Shown: piece after piece, positions 50,769 to 61,529 of the stretch
Layout of the letters: every line of letters starts with the position of its first letter
Position numbering within the stretch: position 1 is the stretch's first letter
Assembly (NCBI GenBank): GCA_031422435.1
Contig: JANPLU010000090.1
Coordinates: forward strand, 23,225 to 87,224
DNA: 64,000 nt
Reading direction: 5' to 3'
Source of the DNA: Acaryochloridaceae cyanobacterium VAR_48_metabat_390
GTDB taxonomy: Bacteria; Cyanobacteriota; Cyanobacteriia; Thermosynechococcales; Thermosynechococcaceae
Translations under genes and position numbers: made by a program
Notes under the pieces: generated by a model
What the model was told of the DNA's origin: nothing
The model's input: only the letters and a program-made list of their open reading frames with translations
Databases searched by the model: none

Positions 50769-51122
50769 ATGACTCTACAAGTTTATGGCATCCCAAACTG
50801 TGGCACTTGTAAGAAGGCGTTTCAGTGGCTGGGCGATCGCCATATCAGCTATACGTTCATCGATACCAAAGCGCAGCCCCCCTCACGCCAGCTTGTCGAA
50901 GCATGGGTTGAAGCGCTAGGCGCAAAGCCGTTACGCAACACGTCTGGTCAGTCTTATCGCGCGTTGGGGGCGCAAAAGCAAGACTGGAGCGATGAGCAAT
51001 GGATAGACGCCTTTGCCAAAGACGCAATGCTCATCAAACGTCCCCTTTTTGTAAAGGATGGCAAAGCGGTAATGGTGGGGTTTCGAGAAAAAGAAAATGT
51101 AATGCTTGAAATGCTTCGCTAA
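50769..51122 (+). CDS. ArsC/Spx-MgsR family protein
   Basis: YGIPNCGTCKKA, NTSGQSYR and MLIKRPL motifs. Confidence 0.9.
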   Translation: MTLQVYGIPNCGTCKKAFQWLGDRHISYTFIDTKAQPPSRQLVEAWVEALGAKPLRNTSGQSYRALGAQKQDWSDEQWIDAFAKDAMLIKRPLFVKDGKAVMVGFREKENVMLEMLR

Positions 51123-51192
51123 TTCAGTTTTTTGCTAGAAGTAGCCATAAATCTATCTACTGAGCAGCAGCGGCAGGCTCAAAAGCAGCACT

Positions 51193-51654
51193 CTAATAGC
51201 CAAACTCCTGAAGTGCAGGCAAAAAGTTTCGGTTTTCGTGGCTAGATCGGCTTAGCTTAATGAGCGCAAACCGTTGGAGCGGGACGAACGCTTGCCATTG
51301 CTCCAGATTTAGCCTAACGCCTACAGAATTTGCCTTTTCCTGCACCGAATCTGGAATGTTGAGCGAATTGAGCCAAGCAGGGTGTTCTTCTATCGGTAAA
51401 TCAGAGGCTGGAGTTTGGGTGTACTTCAGGACTAAATCGGAGACGTAGTGTCGATAGGCTGTAATGTCCTGAGCGGTTTCACAGGGTAGATAAACCAACT
51501 GTTGGTGATCGCCCGCCGTAAAGCGATGCCAGTGCTCTAGTTTAAGCTTGATGCCGCAGGTATCTAGCTTAAAGCGCACCACCATCGGGATGCAGCGTAA
51601 AGACTCAACAAAGTCAGACTCAAATTGGAAAAAGACTGAGGGGGTAAGGGGCAT
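51193..51654 (-). CDS. narM: Nitrate reductase-associated protein NarM
   Basis: FFQFESDFVESLRCIPMVVRFKLDTCG and LQRFALIKLSRSSHENRNF motifs. Confidence 0.88.
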   Translation of the reverse strand: MPLTPSVFFQFESDFVESLRCIPMVVRFKLDTCGIKLKLEHWHRFTAGDHQQLVYLPCETAQDITAYRHYVSDLVLKYTQTPASDLPIEEHPAWLNSLNIPDSVQEKANSVGVRLNLEQWQAFVPLQRFALIKLSRSSHENRNFLPALQEFGY

Positions 51655-51758
51655 AGGTTGAAGATCTCCCTTAAAGACAATTCAGCGTTACGCCAAATCT
51701 ACCAAAGGTTTAGCCGCGTTAGGCGAATTGCGCGCAATGATTGCCCAGGCATTGACTT

Positions 51759-52895
51759 CTATCCCAGTCGATTTTTGAGCCATAGACGAAAGAGAGGAAG
51801 GGCGATCGCATACCTTTCCTTCGGTCCATAAATTAACCCCTTTTGCTCCAGGCTCGCCAACGCACCCTGAAGCCCGCCCCCCTTCGAGAGCTGATGCTTT
51901 TGGACATACTCACGGGCATGGGGGCTATCGGTAGGGTCGATCGCCAAACTTTCTAAGACCCGTGCCTGGATGGGCGGCAGCAGCAACAGCAGTGACTCAA
52001 ACATGGTAGATAAATCGTCAATGAGCGCCTGGGTGCTGCGATTCACCTGATCTAGCTCAATGACAGGCGCTCTTTCTACACTAAAAGCTGAAGCCCCCAA
52101 AGGCTGAGCATAGGCATAGGCGCGATAATCCATCCAAATCCGCCGAGCTAGAGTGCTGGCATCGCCCATGTGGCCTTGGACGTAGCTTAAGTACAGCGCC
52201 AACGCATCCGCACCAAACTTTAAGCCTTGAGCTGCCATCACGCCAATCACCCAGTTTTCTAAAACGTGTCGAGAAAGCGGCGGTAGCGTAATGACCGCAA
52301 GACTGCTATTTTGCGCCCAAGGCTCTGGAATCGTAGCAACCACCGCGTAGCTCACGCGGCTTTGGCGCTGAATTTCTTCACGTAGATAGGCTTCCCATTG
52401 ATTCGACCGATCCCACGCCCGAATGTGGGGAAAGTTCTCGAACATAAAGACAATGCGGCAGTCAAGCTGTTCTGCCAAGCTCTGAGGCAACGTCAGCAGT
52501 TCTTGAAAAACAGCCCAGGTTTCTTGCCCCGTTGCAGCCCAGACCAGAGAAGCCCGATGGGCTGCCGATGGCTGAAACGAAATATTGCCGCTGCGTTGGC
52601 TCCACTGCTCTATCCATTGCCGCTCTTGAGGTGTAGAGAATAGCTCTAGAAAGCCTTCTGTTAGCAGCGTTAGAAACCGATCGCTCGTGGTCGCTCGCAG
52701 GCAGTCTAGCTCTATTACCTTTGCCCCGATGTGCTGCGCTGCATGACGAATGAGGGTACGCCGTCCACTACCCGTTACGCCCGTCAGCATGAGGTCGCCA
52801 TCCGCCGCAAAGGTCTGACAAATAAGATCGCGCTCAGCAGCATGACCAATCGGATAGGAGGGCTTAAACAGAGACTGCATAGGGTTAAGCGGCAA
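51759..52895 (-). CDS. AAA+/archaeal-ATPase-like protein with degenerate P-loop and C-terminal winged helix
   Basis: IGH...LTGVTGSGRRTL, VFMFENF, GH, and C-terminal ALASLEQKGLI...Y....PLF..WL. Confidence 0.75.
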   Translation of the reverse strand: MPLNPMQSLFKPSYPIGHAAERDLICQTFAADGDLMLTGVTGSGRRTLIRHAAQHIGAKVIELDCLRATTSDRFLTLLTEGFLELFSTPQERQWIEQWSQRSGNISFQPSAAHRASLVWAATGQETWAVFQELLTLPQSLAEQLDCRIVFMFENFPHIRAWDRSNQWEAYLREEIQRQSRVSYAVVATIPEPWAQNSSLAVITLPPLSRHVLENWVIGVMAAQGLKFGADALALYLSYVQGHMGDASTLARRIWMDYRAYAYAQPLGASAFSVERAPVIELDQVNRSTQALIDDLSTMFESLLLLLPPIQARVLESLAIDPTDSPHAREYVQKHQLSKGGGLQGALASLEQKGLIYGPKERYAIALPLFRLWLKNRLG

Positions 52896-53002
52896 ATGAT
52901 TCAGGAAAATCCAGCCTTTGACTAAAATTTGATCGCTCTAGATTGCCCCATTTACTTTCCATCTTTAGGGCGATTGATAGATACTAAATAATAGTTTTTA
53001 TG

Positions 53003-53019
53003 ATAGTAGTCAATACTAT
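53003..53019. promoter_or_regulatory. Palindromic candidate operator in the divergent promoter
   Basis: ATAGTA-gtcaa-TACTAT in an AT-rich intergenic region of about 155 bp. Confidence 0.35.
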
Positions 53020-53051
53020 TATTCAGTACAGTTCCCTTAGCAGTTTTGTTT

Positions 53052-55859
53052 ATGGCACCCAGTACCCTTCCCCAACGCCCTTCTGAGGCAGCCGCTTGGC
53101 ATACCCTTGATGCAGAAAAAGCCCTGCTTTTGTTAGAGAGCGATCGCACTAATGGACTCGCCGCCGACCAAATTGAAGCGCGGGTTGAGAAATATGGCAC
53201 CAATGAGCTAATTGAGACAAGTGGGCGATCAGCCTTCACTATCTTGGTAGACCAGTTCAAAAACATCATGCTGGTGATGCTGATTGCGGTCGCCATCATT
53301 TCTGCGGCGTTGGATATTTATGAAGGTACGACTCAAGGAAAGTTTGTATTTCCGAAAGATGCCGTGGCGATTTTTGCGGTGGTGTTTCTGAATGGCGTTT
53401 TGGGGTACATCCAAGAAAGTGGTGCAGAAAAGGCGCTAGCAGCGCTCAAAACAATGGCGACCTCTAAGGTTCGTCTGCTGCGGAACGGGACGCTTAGCGA
53501 AGTCGATTCTAAAGATCTGGTGCCAGGGGATGTGATTCAGCTAGAGGCTGGGGTAAAGATCCCAGCAGATGGGCGCATCTTAGAAGAAGCCAACCTTCAG
53601 GTGCGCGAAGCGGCATTAACAGGAGAAGCCCACGCTGCCGAAAAGCAGGCGGATATTTTGCTGGCGGAGGACGCGCCATTGGGCGATCGCCTCAACCTAG
53701 TGTTCTCCGGTACCGAAGTGGTGCAGGGACGCGCTACGGTGCTGGTGACGGGCACCGGAATGCAGACTGAACTGGGCAAAATTGCCTCCGCGCTCCAGTC
53801 CGTTGAGTCAGAACCTACCCCACTGCAAAAGCGCATGACCCAGTTAGGGAATGTGCTGGTGACAGGCTCTCTGATTTTGGTCGCGGTGATCATCATTGGG
53901 GGCAGCATTTACGACCGTAATCTGTTTGGAGAACTGGTCAAAGTCTCGCTCAGTATGGCAGTGGCGGTGGTGCCAGAAGGTCTACCTGCTGTCATTACGG
54001 TGACGTTGGCCTTAGGGACTCAGCGGATGGTCAAGCGAAATGCCCTCATCCGTAAGCTGCCTGCGGTAGAAACCTTGGGTTCTGTCACTACCATTTGCTC
54101 AGACAAAACCGGAACCCTAACCCAAAACAAAATGGTGGTGCAGGCTGTACGCACCGCAACCCATGCCCTGCGCGTGGATGGGGATGGCTACAGTCCAGAA
54201 GGTCACTTTTTTGAAGGGAATGCCTCAGAGCCTGTACAGCCCCCAGAAGAACTGCGATCGCTCCTCAAAGCCTGCGTATTCTGCAACGATGCCGTGCTGC
54301 AAAAAGAAAACGGCGAGTGGGTAATTTTAGGCGACCCCACCGAAGGGGCATTGCTGACGGTTGCAGCCAAAGCAGAACTCCGCAAAGACGATCAGGACTA
54401 TCGGTTCCCCCGCGTGGCAGAAATTCCGTTTTCCTCAGAGCGCAAGCGCATGAGCGTGATTGTGCAGGGGGCAGAGGAGGGTGCAGAAGCTGCAATCAAG
54501 ATGTATGGCAAAGGCTCCCCAGAGCTGACGTTAGAGCGCTGTACCCATATCCAGACAGACACCCAGCCAGAACCCCTTACTTCAGAACTGCGCCAGAAAA
54601 TCTTAGCCGAAAATAACCAGCTTGCCAGCCAAGGGCTTCGGGTGCTGGGGTTTGCCCAAAAAGACCTCGCTGAACTACCCACCGAAGACCTGGGCGACGA
54701 AGCCGAGCAGTCTCTCACCTGGCTGGGGCTAGTCGGTATGTTAGACGCACCCCGCCCCGAAGTGCGGGTGGCGGTTGCCAAATGCCGTGAAGCCGGAATC
54801 CGTCCGGTGATGATTACGGGCGACCATCAGTTGACTGCCCAGGCGATCGCCCAAGATCTCGGCATTGCGGAAGTTGGTGCTGAATGTCTCACAGGTCAGC
54901 AGCTCCAGCGCATGAGCCAGGATGAACTAGAAGACGCTGTGCCGCGCGTCGGCGTGTATGCTCGCGTCTCGCCAGAGCATAAGCTGCGGATTGTGCAGGC
55001 ACTTCAGCGTAAGGGCCAAGTGGTTGCCATGACAGGGGATGGTGTGAATGATGCACCAGCCCTCAAGCAGGCAGACATTGGTGTCGCAATGGGCATCACG
55101 GGCACCGACGTGAGCAAAGAAGCATCCGATATGGTGCTGCTCGACGACAATTTTTCGACCATTGTGGCGGCAGTAGAAGAAGGCCGCGTGGTCTATACCA
55201 ATATCCGCCGCTTTATTCGCTACATTTTGGGCAGCAACATTGGGGAAGTGATTACCATTGCTGCAGCGCCCATTTTAGGCTTAGGCGGGGTGCCCCTTTC
55301 ACCGCTCCAAATTTTGTGGATGAACCTTGTGACCGATGGTCTGCCAGCATTGGCGTTGGCTGTAGAACCTGGGCGTGCCGTAGTGATGCAGCAGCCCCCC
55401 AAAGACCCCAATGAGAGCATCTTTGCGCGAGGGCTAGGACTATACATGATTCGCATTGGGATTGTGCTAGCGGTGGTCAGTATTGCCTTAATGGTCTGGG
55501 CCTACGACTTTACGAAAACCAACACCGCAGATGGGCTTAGCCCTGACCGTTGGAAAACGATGGTCTTTACAACCCTGTGCTTAGCGCAGATGGGCCATGC
55601 GATCGCCATTCGTTCTAGCTCCAAACTCACCCTTCAGCTCAACCCCTTCTCGAACCCTTACCTACTTGGCTCAGTGGTTGTGACCTCACTGCTTCAGCTC
55701 CTGCTCATTTACGTGGAGCCATTGCGAAACTTCTTTGGCACCCACTACATAACAATGGAAGAGTTGGGCGTGTGTATCGGCGCCAGCGCCCTGGTATTTG
55801 TGTGGATTGAACTCGAAAAACTGTTCATCAACTGGCGATTGGCAAAGAAGGCAGGCTAA
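53052..55859 (+). CDS. pacL: P2A-type cation (Ca2+)-transporting P-type ATPase
   Basis: [35 protein letters not shown] and [14 protein letters not shown] motifs. Confidence 0.92.
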   Translation: MAPSTLPQRPSEAAAWHTLDAEKALLLLESDRTNGLAADQIEARVEKYGTNELIETSGRSAFTILVDQFKNIMLVMLIAVAIISAALDIYEGTTQGKFVFPKDAVAIFAVVFLNGVLGYIQESGAEKALAALKTMATSKVRLLRNGTLSEVDSKDLVPGDVIQLEAGVKIPADGRILEEANLQVREAALTGEAHAAEKQADILLAEDAPLGDRLNLVFSGTEVVQGRATVLVTGTGMQTELGKIASALQSVESEPTPLQKRMTQLGNVLVTGSLILVAVIIIGGSIYDRNLFGELVKVSLSMAVAVVPEGLPAVITVTLALGTQRMVKRNALIRKLPAVETLGSVTTICSDKTGTLTQNKMVVQAVRTATHALRVDGDGYSPEGHFFEGNASEPVQPPEELRSLLKACVFCNDAVLQKENGEWVILGDPTEGALLTVAAKAELRKDDQDYRFPRVAEIPFSSERKRMSVIVQGAEEGAEAAIKMYGKGSPELTLERCTHIQTDTQPEPLTSELRQKILAENNQLASQGLRVLGFAQKDLAELPTEDLGDEAEQSLTWLGLVGMLDAPRPEVRVAVAKCREAGIRPVMITGDHQLTAQAIAQDLGIAEVGAECLTGQQLQRMSQDELEDAVPRVGVYARVSPEHKLRIVQALQRKGQVVAMTGDGVNDAPALKQADIGVAMGITGTDVSKEASDMVLLDDNFSTIVAAVEEGRVVYTNIRRFIRYILGSNIGEVITIAAAPILGLGGVPLSPLQILWMNLVTDGLPALALAVEPGRAVVMQQPPKDPNESIFARGLGLYMIRIGIVLAVVSIALMVWAYDFTKTNTADGLSPDRWKTMVFTTLCLAQMGHAIAIRSSSKLTLQLNPFSNPYLLGSVVVTSLLQLLLIYVEPLRNFFGTHYITMEELGVCIGASALVFVWIELEKLFINWRLAKKAG

Positions 55860-55871
55860 TACACTGCACCC

Positions 55872-56591
55872 ATGACCGACTTTCTCTACCGCTACCCGCC
55901 GCTACTGCGGGGCACCCTCATTAAGCGCTACAAACGCTTCTTTGCCGACATTGAGCTAGACAGCGGCGAACTCATTACCGCCCACTGCCCCAATACAGGG
56001 CCGATGACGAGCGTTTCAACGGTAGGTAGCCCCGTGCAGGTGTCTCGCAGCACTAACCCCAAACGTAAGCTGGCCTACACCTGGGAACTGATTGAGGTTT
56101 ACGACAATGCCCCAACTTGGGTAGGGGTCAATACCGCTATGCCCAATCAGGTGACAAAGCTTTTGCTAGCGCAGCGCTTATTGCCGCCCCTGCAAACCTA
56201 TGACACCCTGCGTGCAGAAGTGGCCTACGGACAAGAAAAAAGCCGTGTAGATTTTCTGCTCACAGGAGATGCCATTCTGCCCACCTATGTTGAGGTTAAA
56301 AGCACCACCTGGCTGAGCAAAGAATGTGCCCTGTTCCCCGATACCGTGACCACTCGGGGGCAAAAGCACATCCGAGAACTCAAGGCGATGCTGCCAGAAG
56401 CCAGGGTCTGTATGCTGTATTTCATTAACCGAGGGGACTGCACGGCCTTTTCGCCTGGAGACACCGCCGACCCGCTCTACGGCAAACTATTGCGAGATGC
56501 AGTGGAGGCTGGGCTAGAGGTTTTCCCCTGTCGCTTTAACGTCACGCCTGAGGGAATTGAGTATTTGGGACTCGCTGAATTAAGGCTGTAG
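55872..56591 (+). CDS. sfsA: DNA/RNA nuclease-like protein SfsA
   Basis: KRYKRFFAD, AHCPNTGPM, EVKS and FPDTVTTRGQKH motifs. Confidence 0.95.
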   Translation: MTDFLYRYPPLLRGTLIKRYKRFFADIELDSGELITAHCPNTGPMTSVSTVGSPVQVSRSTNPKRKLAYTWELIEVYDNAPTWVGVNTAMPNQVTKLLLAQRLLPPLQTYDTLRAEVAYGQEKSRVDFLLTGDAILPTYVEVKSTTWLSKECALFPDTVTTRGQKHIRELKAMLPEARVCMLYFINRGDCTAFSPGDTADPLYGKLLRDAVEAGLEVFPCRFNVTPEGIEYLGLAELRL

Positions 56592-56649
56592 CGATTGGAC
56601 AGTTATAGAAGTGTCCTAGTATGAGGGTTGCGTTTTGAGTTAAGTCTGC

Positions 56650-56655
56650 TACTAT
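56650..56655 (+). promoter_or_regulatory. -10 element of the putative sRNA
   Basis: TACTAT 6 nt upstream of GTGTGAGGA. Confidence 0.55.
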
Positions 56656-56661
56656 TTAATG

Positions 56662-56737
56662 GTGTGAGGAAAGTCTTAGTTAAATAGAAAAGCCCTTGGA
56701 GTCGAAACACGGACAGACGCCCAAGGGTTTTTCTTTT
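56662..56737 (+). ncRNA. yfr2: Yfr2-family cyanobacterial small RNA
   Basis: 5' GTGTGAGGA, then hairpin AGAAAAGCCCTTGG-AGTC-GAAACACGGACA-GAC-GC-CCAAGGGTTTTTCT with a GAAACA-type loop and U-tail. Confidence 0.78.
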
Positions 56738-57043
56738 GGAAATATCCGTAAAATAACGTAAGCCTAAAAAAGTATCAGCCTCAGCAGTTCAGTGGTTCTT
56801 CTGTGGGGGATCGATTACTCTTTAGCCAAGATGGAGATACCTGTTTCGTTTGTGTCTTCCATGCGGCAACTGCAAAAAGCATTTCAACAATTTTTTGGTC
56901 AAAAGGCGGCTTCTGCTTCACCTCTAAAGCAGCGGACAGAAGAAGTGCTGCGGGGCGATCGCCGTTCCATCCGCGACCCTTTTCCCCATCTGCTCTCTAA
57001 CTTCTTACTCGATTAGGGCTTAGAAACTTGTGGGGGTTCTGGC

Positions 57044-59763
57044 TCAAAGGCTATCTTTGCGTTTTTGAACCACCACTAGTAGCCCTAGCATGGCAATTTG
57101 CAGCAGCCCTATCTTGAGCCAATGGGTGTAAATATTGACGGCATAGCTATCACCCTGACTGTCGCGCACGCGCTCTAGCAGTGCCTCAGCAGAAGCGATC
57201 GCCTTTCCTCGTTTTTCTTTCCACTGCCCAAACGTATCCTGCCATCGATCCATCGCGGTACGGTAAGACTTGACCTGGGTTTCATAGGCCGTAAAGTCAT
57301 CGCGTAACGTCGCCGCCGCCTTAGGGTTCAGCAGGTCATTGGGGAACTGGGGCGGATTGGCTAAGGCTTTAGGCTTGAGCGGTTCTGGCTGTTTTATAGC
57401 GGGGCTATACTCTTTGCGTAGCCCTGGGAAATAACAGCGCTCAAAGAGCTGAGAGCCTAAACACTGGCATTTAGACTTTTCGGCCTCTGTCCAACTTTGA
57501 CGCACCGCATCGGGCTGCTGCCAGCACGGATCATTTGCCACATCGCGCCCAAAGCCCGACACTGTAATCATCACCTCATAACTCCAGCGCGTCAGGGTGA
57601 ATTGACTCATCCACTGACCTGCTGACCCTAAGCTTGACAAAGGTATGAAGGCTCCTGCCAGCGTAAATTGCGGCACCAAAAACAAAATCGTCAGCAGGGG
57701 CGCAACGTTTTGATTACTAGAAAGCGCTGACACTAACAGCCCCATAATCATGCCGCCGAGGGTTGTCAGAAACATCGTGAAGTAAAGTGCCGCCAGATCA
57801 GACGTGGAACCAGGTAGGTCAACCACCAAAGTTTTAATAGAGAAAAAGACGGCGGACTCGTAAAGTGCTAGCACAACGCAAAACCAAACCTTAGACAGTA
57901 GGTATGGCAAAATCTGAAGTCCCACCATTCGCTCGCGGCAGTAGATTTCAGATTCTTTAACAATCTCTCGCATGGTGGCAAGGCTACCTACCATCACCAC
58001 CAGTAGACCATTGGTAAACAGCAGCGTTAATGCCTGACCTGAATCTCCCGTTGTCACATCAAACAGATCGCGCTTCCACAGCACAAAGTCCAGTAGACCT
58101 AGCAGCGGCGCAATGACCAGCAATAACAGTAAACTGGCACGATCTTGAAACAGAATGGTTAGGTTGCGATGGGAGAGTATCAAAAGCTGTCGCCAAAAGG
58201 AGCTGCTTTGGTTTTCCCAAGGTTTATGACGGCGTTTTGAAGATTTTGGAACGGCCTGCACCTGCTGTGAAAGCTGAGCGTTGAGGTGCTGTTGGCGACC
58301 TCCCACATACTGTCGATACGCCTCTGACTCAAGGTACTGCTGCTGCCATTCTTGGGGCGATCGCGCTTCTTCTTCAAGCTTGAGATAAATGTCATCAAAA
58401 TCTTGAACCCCAAAATAGGTGAGCGCATCTTGAGGAGGACCATAGTAGGCAACCTTGCCCCCCTTTGCTAAAAACACCACCAGATCGCACTGCATCACAT
58501 TTTTGGTGGCGTGGGTAATTAAAATCACCGTGCGCCTTGGTCTGCAAGCCGTCGCAGCAGCCGCATCATTTGGCTCTCTGTGCCAGGGTCTAAGCCCGAA
58601 GTAGCCTCATCTAAAAAGAACAGACTGGGCTTGGTCAGTAACTCAACCCCAATCGAAACCCGCTTGCGCTGGCCTCCGCTTAAATTTTTAACCAGGGCGT
58701 GCTGGCGATGGGTTAGCTCTAAGTCTGCTAACACCGCCTGAATTTGCTGGTGACGCTCTTTTTTAGAAATATCTTTGGGCAGCCGCAGACGGGCAGCAAA
58801 GTCTAGGGCTTGGTACACCGTCAAATCTCGGTGAATGATGTCGTCCTGGGGCACGTAGCCGAGTTCCGTCCGGTATGCCTCGAAGTTTTGATACAGGTCG
58901 TGACCATTCACAAAGACCTTGCCGCGATGGGCAGGCCGAAACCCGCTAAGCGCATCTAAAAGCGTGGTTTTACCCGCGCCGCTCACCCCCACAATGGCAA
59001 TAAATTCGCGGGGCAGAATAGACAGCGAAACGTCGTCTAAAAGCACTTGGTGCCGCGAGGCGGTTCGGGTGAGATGCACCGCATCGAGGCGGAGATTGCC
59101 GAACTCATTTTGCTGGGTAAGGGTTTCGTCAAAGTTAAAGGTGAACTGACACGGCCCAATTCTGATTTCATCCCCAGGTCGTAGCGCGTGAGGGTGCAGA
59201 ATCTGCTGGTCATTAATAAAGGTGCCGTCAGAAGAATTGAGATCGGTAATGATCCAGCTCCCGTTGTGCAGCTCAATTTTGGACTGAAACCGCGCCACAA
59301 CGGGATGATCAATGACCGTATCGTTGCGCGGATCTCGTCCTAACGTCAGGTCGTTGCGACCTCGCAACGCAATTGTCTCTAAATTTTTGGGGGCTGCATT
59401 TAATGCCTGTGGAGATAATGACCAGTTATCGGGTAACTCAATTTGAATCGCAGCCGAAAACTGAAGTTTGTGGGTGCCAATTTCAAAAATATCCCTGTCT
59501 GCTAACCCATAGGGCACCTTAAATGCAAGGGGCTGACCACTCAGTCGGATAGCAGCCTGAGCAGTTGCGGCAACTAGTTCATAGCGATCGCCACCCCCGC
59601 CCCGCCTGACAATTTCGGCATGATAGAGCAACACATCCTCATCCGCCAACACCAAAGTATTGTCAGATGCCCGCCCAATCGAAAAGCGATCGCCATCCAA
59701 AATAAAAATAGGATCTGGCTTCTCGGTTTTGAGTAAGCTCAACTGAGCAAAGGAAGCAGGCAT
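57044..59763 (-). pseudogene. FHA-FHA-ABC ATPase-permease transporter (Rv1747-like), split by one frameshift
   Basis: Two FHA domains, GVSGAGKT, LSGGQRKR and FLDEATSGLD end at LADQG; the other frame continues TVILITHAT into the permease; ggcgcacggtg lacks one base versus G-R-T-V. Confidence 0.8.
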
Positions 59764-59906
59764 AAACACTTTAAATATTGTGTGGAGCAAAAAAAATTAA
59801 GTGCGATTAGGGCTTGCGCTGTAGTCTAGGGAAATATGCGCACCGATTGCACCAGGATTTGCCCATTGCCAAAGTAGTTTTACCTGCATTTGCAAGAAGG
59901 TCTTCT

Positions 59907-61360
59907 ATGAAAGCACTATTACTGTATCCTCAATTCTTTCAGTCTTTTTGATCCTATGACCGATATCTTCAGATGACAGGGCTGAAGTCTCTCTTGCCGC
60001 CCCTTTGGATTATCTTCGTAGCGTCCATGCTGCCCGAGGATTGGGAGATTCGGTTTGTAGATCGCAATGTAGAGTCAGAGACTGAAGCGGACTGGGAATG
60101 GTGCGATCTGGTGATTGTTTCGGTAATGCTGGCTCAGCGTTCTGATTTTCTCGCCACGATTCGCAAAGGTAAAGGCGGGTAAAAAAGTTGCTGTCGGTGG
60201 AGGACTACACCCCACCTCAGTACCTCAAGACGCGCTAGATGCGAGGCACATTATTTGGTATTAGATGAAGAGGAACTCACCATCCCCATGTTCTTGAGTG
60301 CGATCGCCCAAAATGAACCCCAGGGCATTTTCCGGTCGGCTGAAAAGTCCGATGCTACCTTAACCCCCATGCCCCGCTTCGATTTGCTTAAGCAAAAGGG
60401 ATGCCTCAGCATGTCTATTTTATTGGCAACCAGCGCGATGTTAAGCTGTTTCTGCGGGAATTAATTCCTTGGATGGAGGAACGCAAATTCCCCTTTGTGC
60501 TGGTGACGGAAGCTTCTATTAATCTTGCCGATGACGAAGAGCTACTAGACTTAATGTGTCGCGCAGGCTTTTTTGCCGTGTTTTTGGGCATTGAAACCCC
60601 TGACGAAGATAGCCTTAAGATCATGAAGAAGCTGCAAAATACCCGCAGCCCTATGATTGAAGCGTGCCAAAAAATTAATGATGCCGGACTCATGATTTTT
60701 GCAGGGTTCATTATTGGGTTTGATGGCGAACGAACGGGAGCAGGCGATCGCATTCGGGCATTTGTAGAAGCCACCAATATCCATTAGCCCATACTGGGCA
60801 TCCTTCAGGCTCTGCCCAATACGGCACTCTGGGATCGTCTCGAACGAGAGGAGCGCCTAGAGTACACCCACTTTGACGATCAGCACTCAGGCGACCAAAA
60901 CTCCCTGATGAATTTTATCCCCACGCGTCCCAAGGCTGAGATTGCCAAAGAGTATATTGAAACCATTTGAACGCTGAACGAACCCCAAAAATGCCTCAAG
61001 CGCTGCCTCAATCACATTCTCAATATTGCCGACCCCACGGTTAATCGGCAGTGGAGCAACTTTTCGCTGAAGCAAGAGCTGCTGTTATTTGTGCGGGTTG
61101 CATGGCACCAGGGTATTCGTCGCCCACAAACTCGGGTTCAATTTTGGCAACAGCTCTGGACGGTATTTCGCCGTAGACCGAAGTTGTTTGATTTGTATGT
61201 ATCTATGTGTGCCGAGGGCGAACACTTTTTTGAATACCGCGTTTTGGCAAAGAATCGGATTAGTGAACAGCTTAAGATGTTGGCCTTAAAGACCGGAAAA
61301 TCTAACTTCCACGATTCAAGTCCAACGGTTATTTCTCAGAAAAATGCCAGTGTGATTTAG
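59907..61360 (+). pseudogene. B12-binding radical SAM protein (DUF4070 family), degraded
   Basis: MKALLLYPQF.QSF*SYDR...DWEIRFVDRNV; stops at 59949, 60785 and 60968; frameshifts near 60175-60250; CxxxCxxC segment missing near 60420. Confidence 0.9.
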
Positions 61361-61374
61361 TTTTTAAGTTATTA

Positions 61375-61508
61375 GAGTTGTTGCCTTTTAAATCCAAAAA
61401 TCGCTAAAACCCTTGCCTAGAGCAGGCTACAGGTCTTTTAGCGGAAATCGCTGAAATGCTCTCTGGAAGAGACTTTCAAAGGTTTCCAATTTTATAAAGC
61501 AACAACTC
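61375..61508. mobile_element. MITE-like element, 134 bp
   Basis: Terminal inverted repeats GAGTTGTTGCCTTTTAAA / TTTATAAAGCAACAACTC (first 10 bp perfect). Confidence 0.6.
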
Positions 61509-61529
61509 CATTGCATTGCTGTACCCAAG

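Larger units (their letters stand above)
2954..60751. repeat. HIP1 octamer GCGATCGC, highly iterated
   Basis: More than 50 copies by eye (e.g. 2954, 12661, 24966, 31017, 60744); absent from about 25-31 kb and from 60.8-64 kb. Confidence 0.93.

Noticed and set aside
59907..61360. Hopanoid C-2 methylase hpnP
   Set aside because: Same broad family, but the N-terminus (YPQF.QSFWSY) fits the DUF4070 paralogs rather than the SFGTF-type HpnP start as I recall it, and no hpn genes are nearby.
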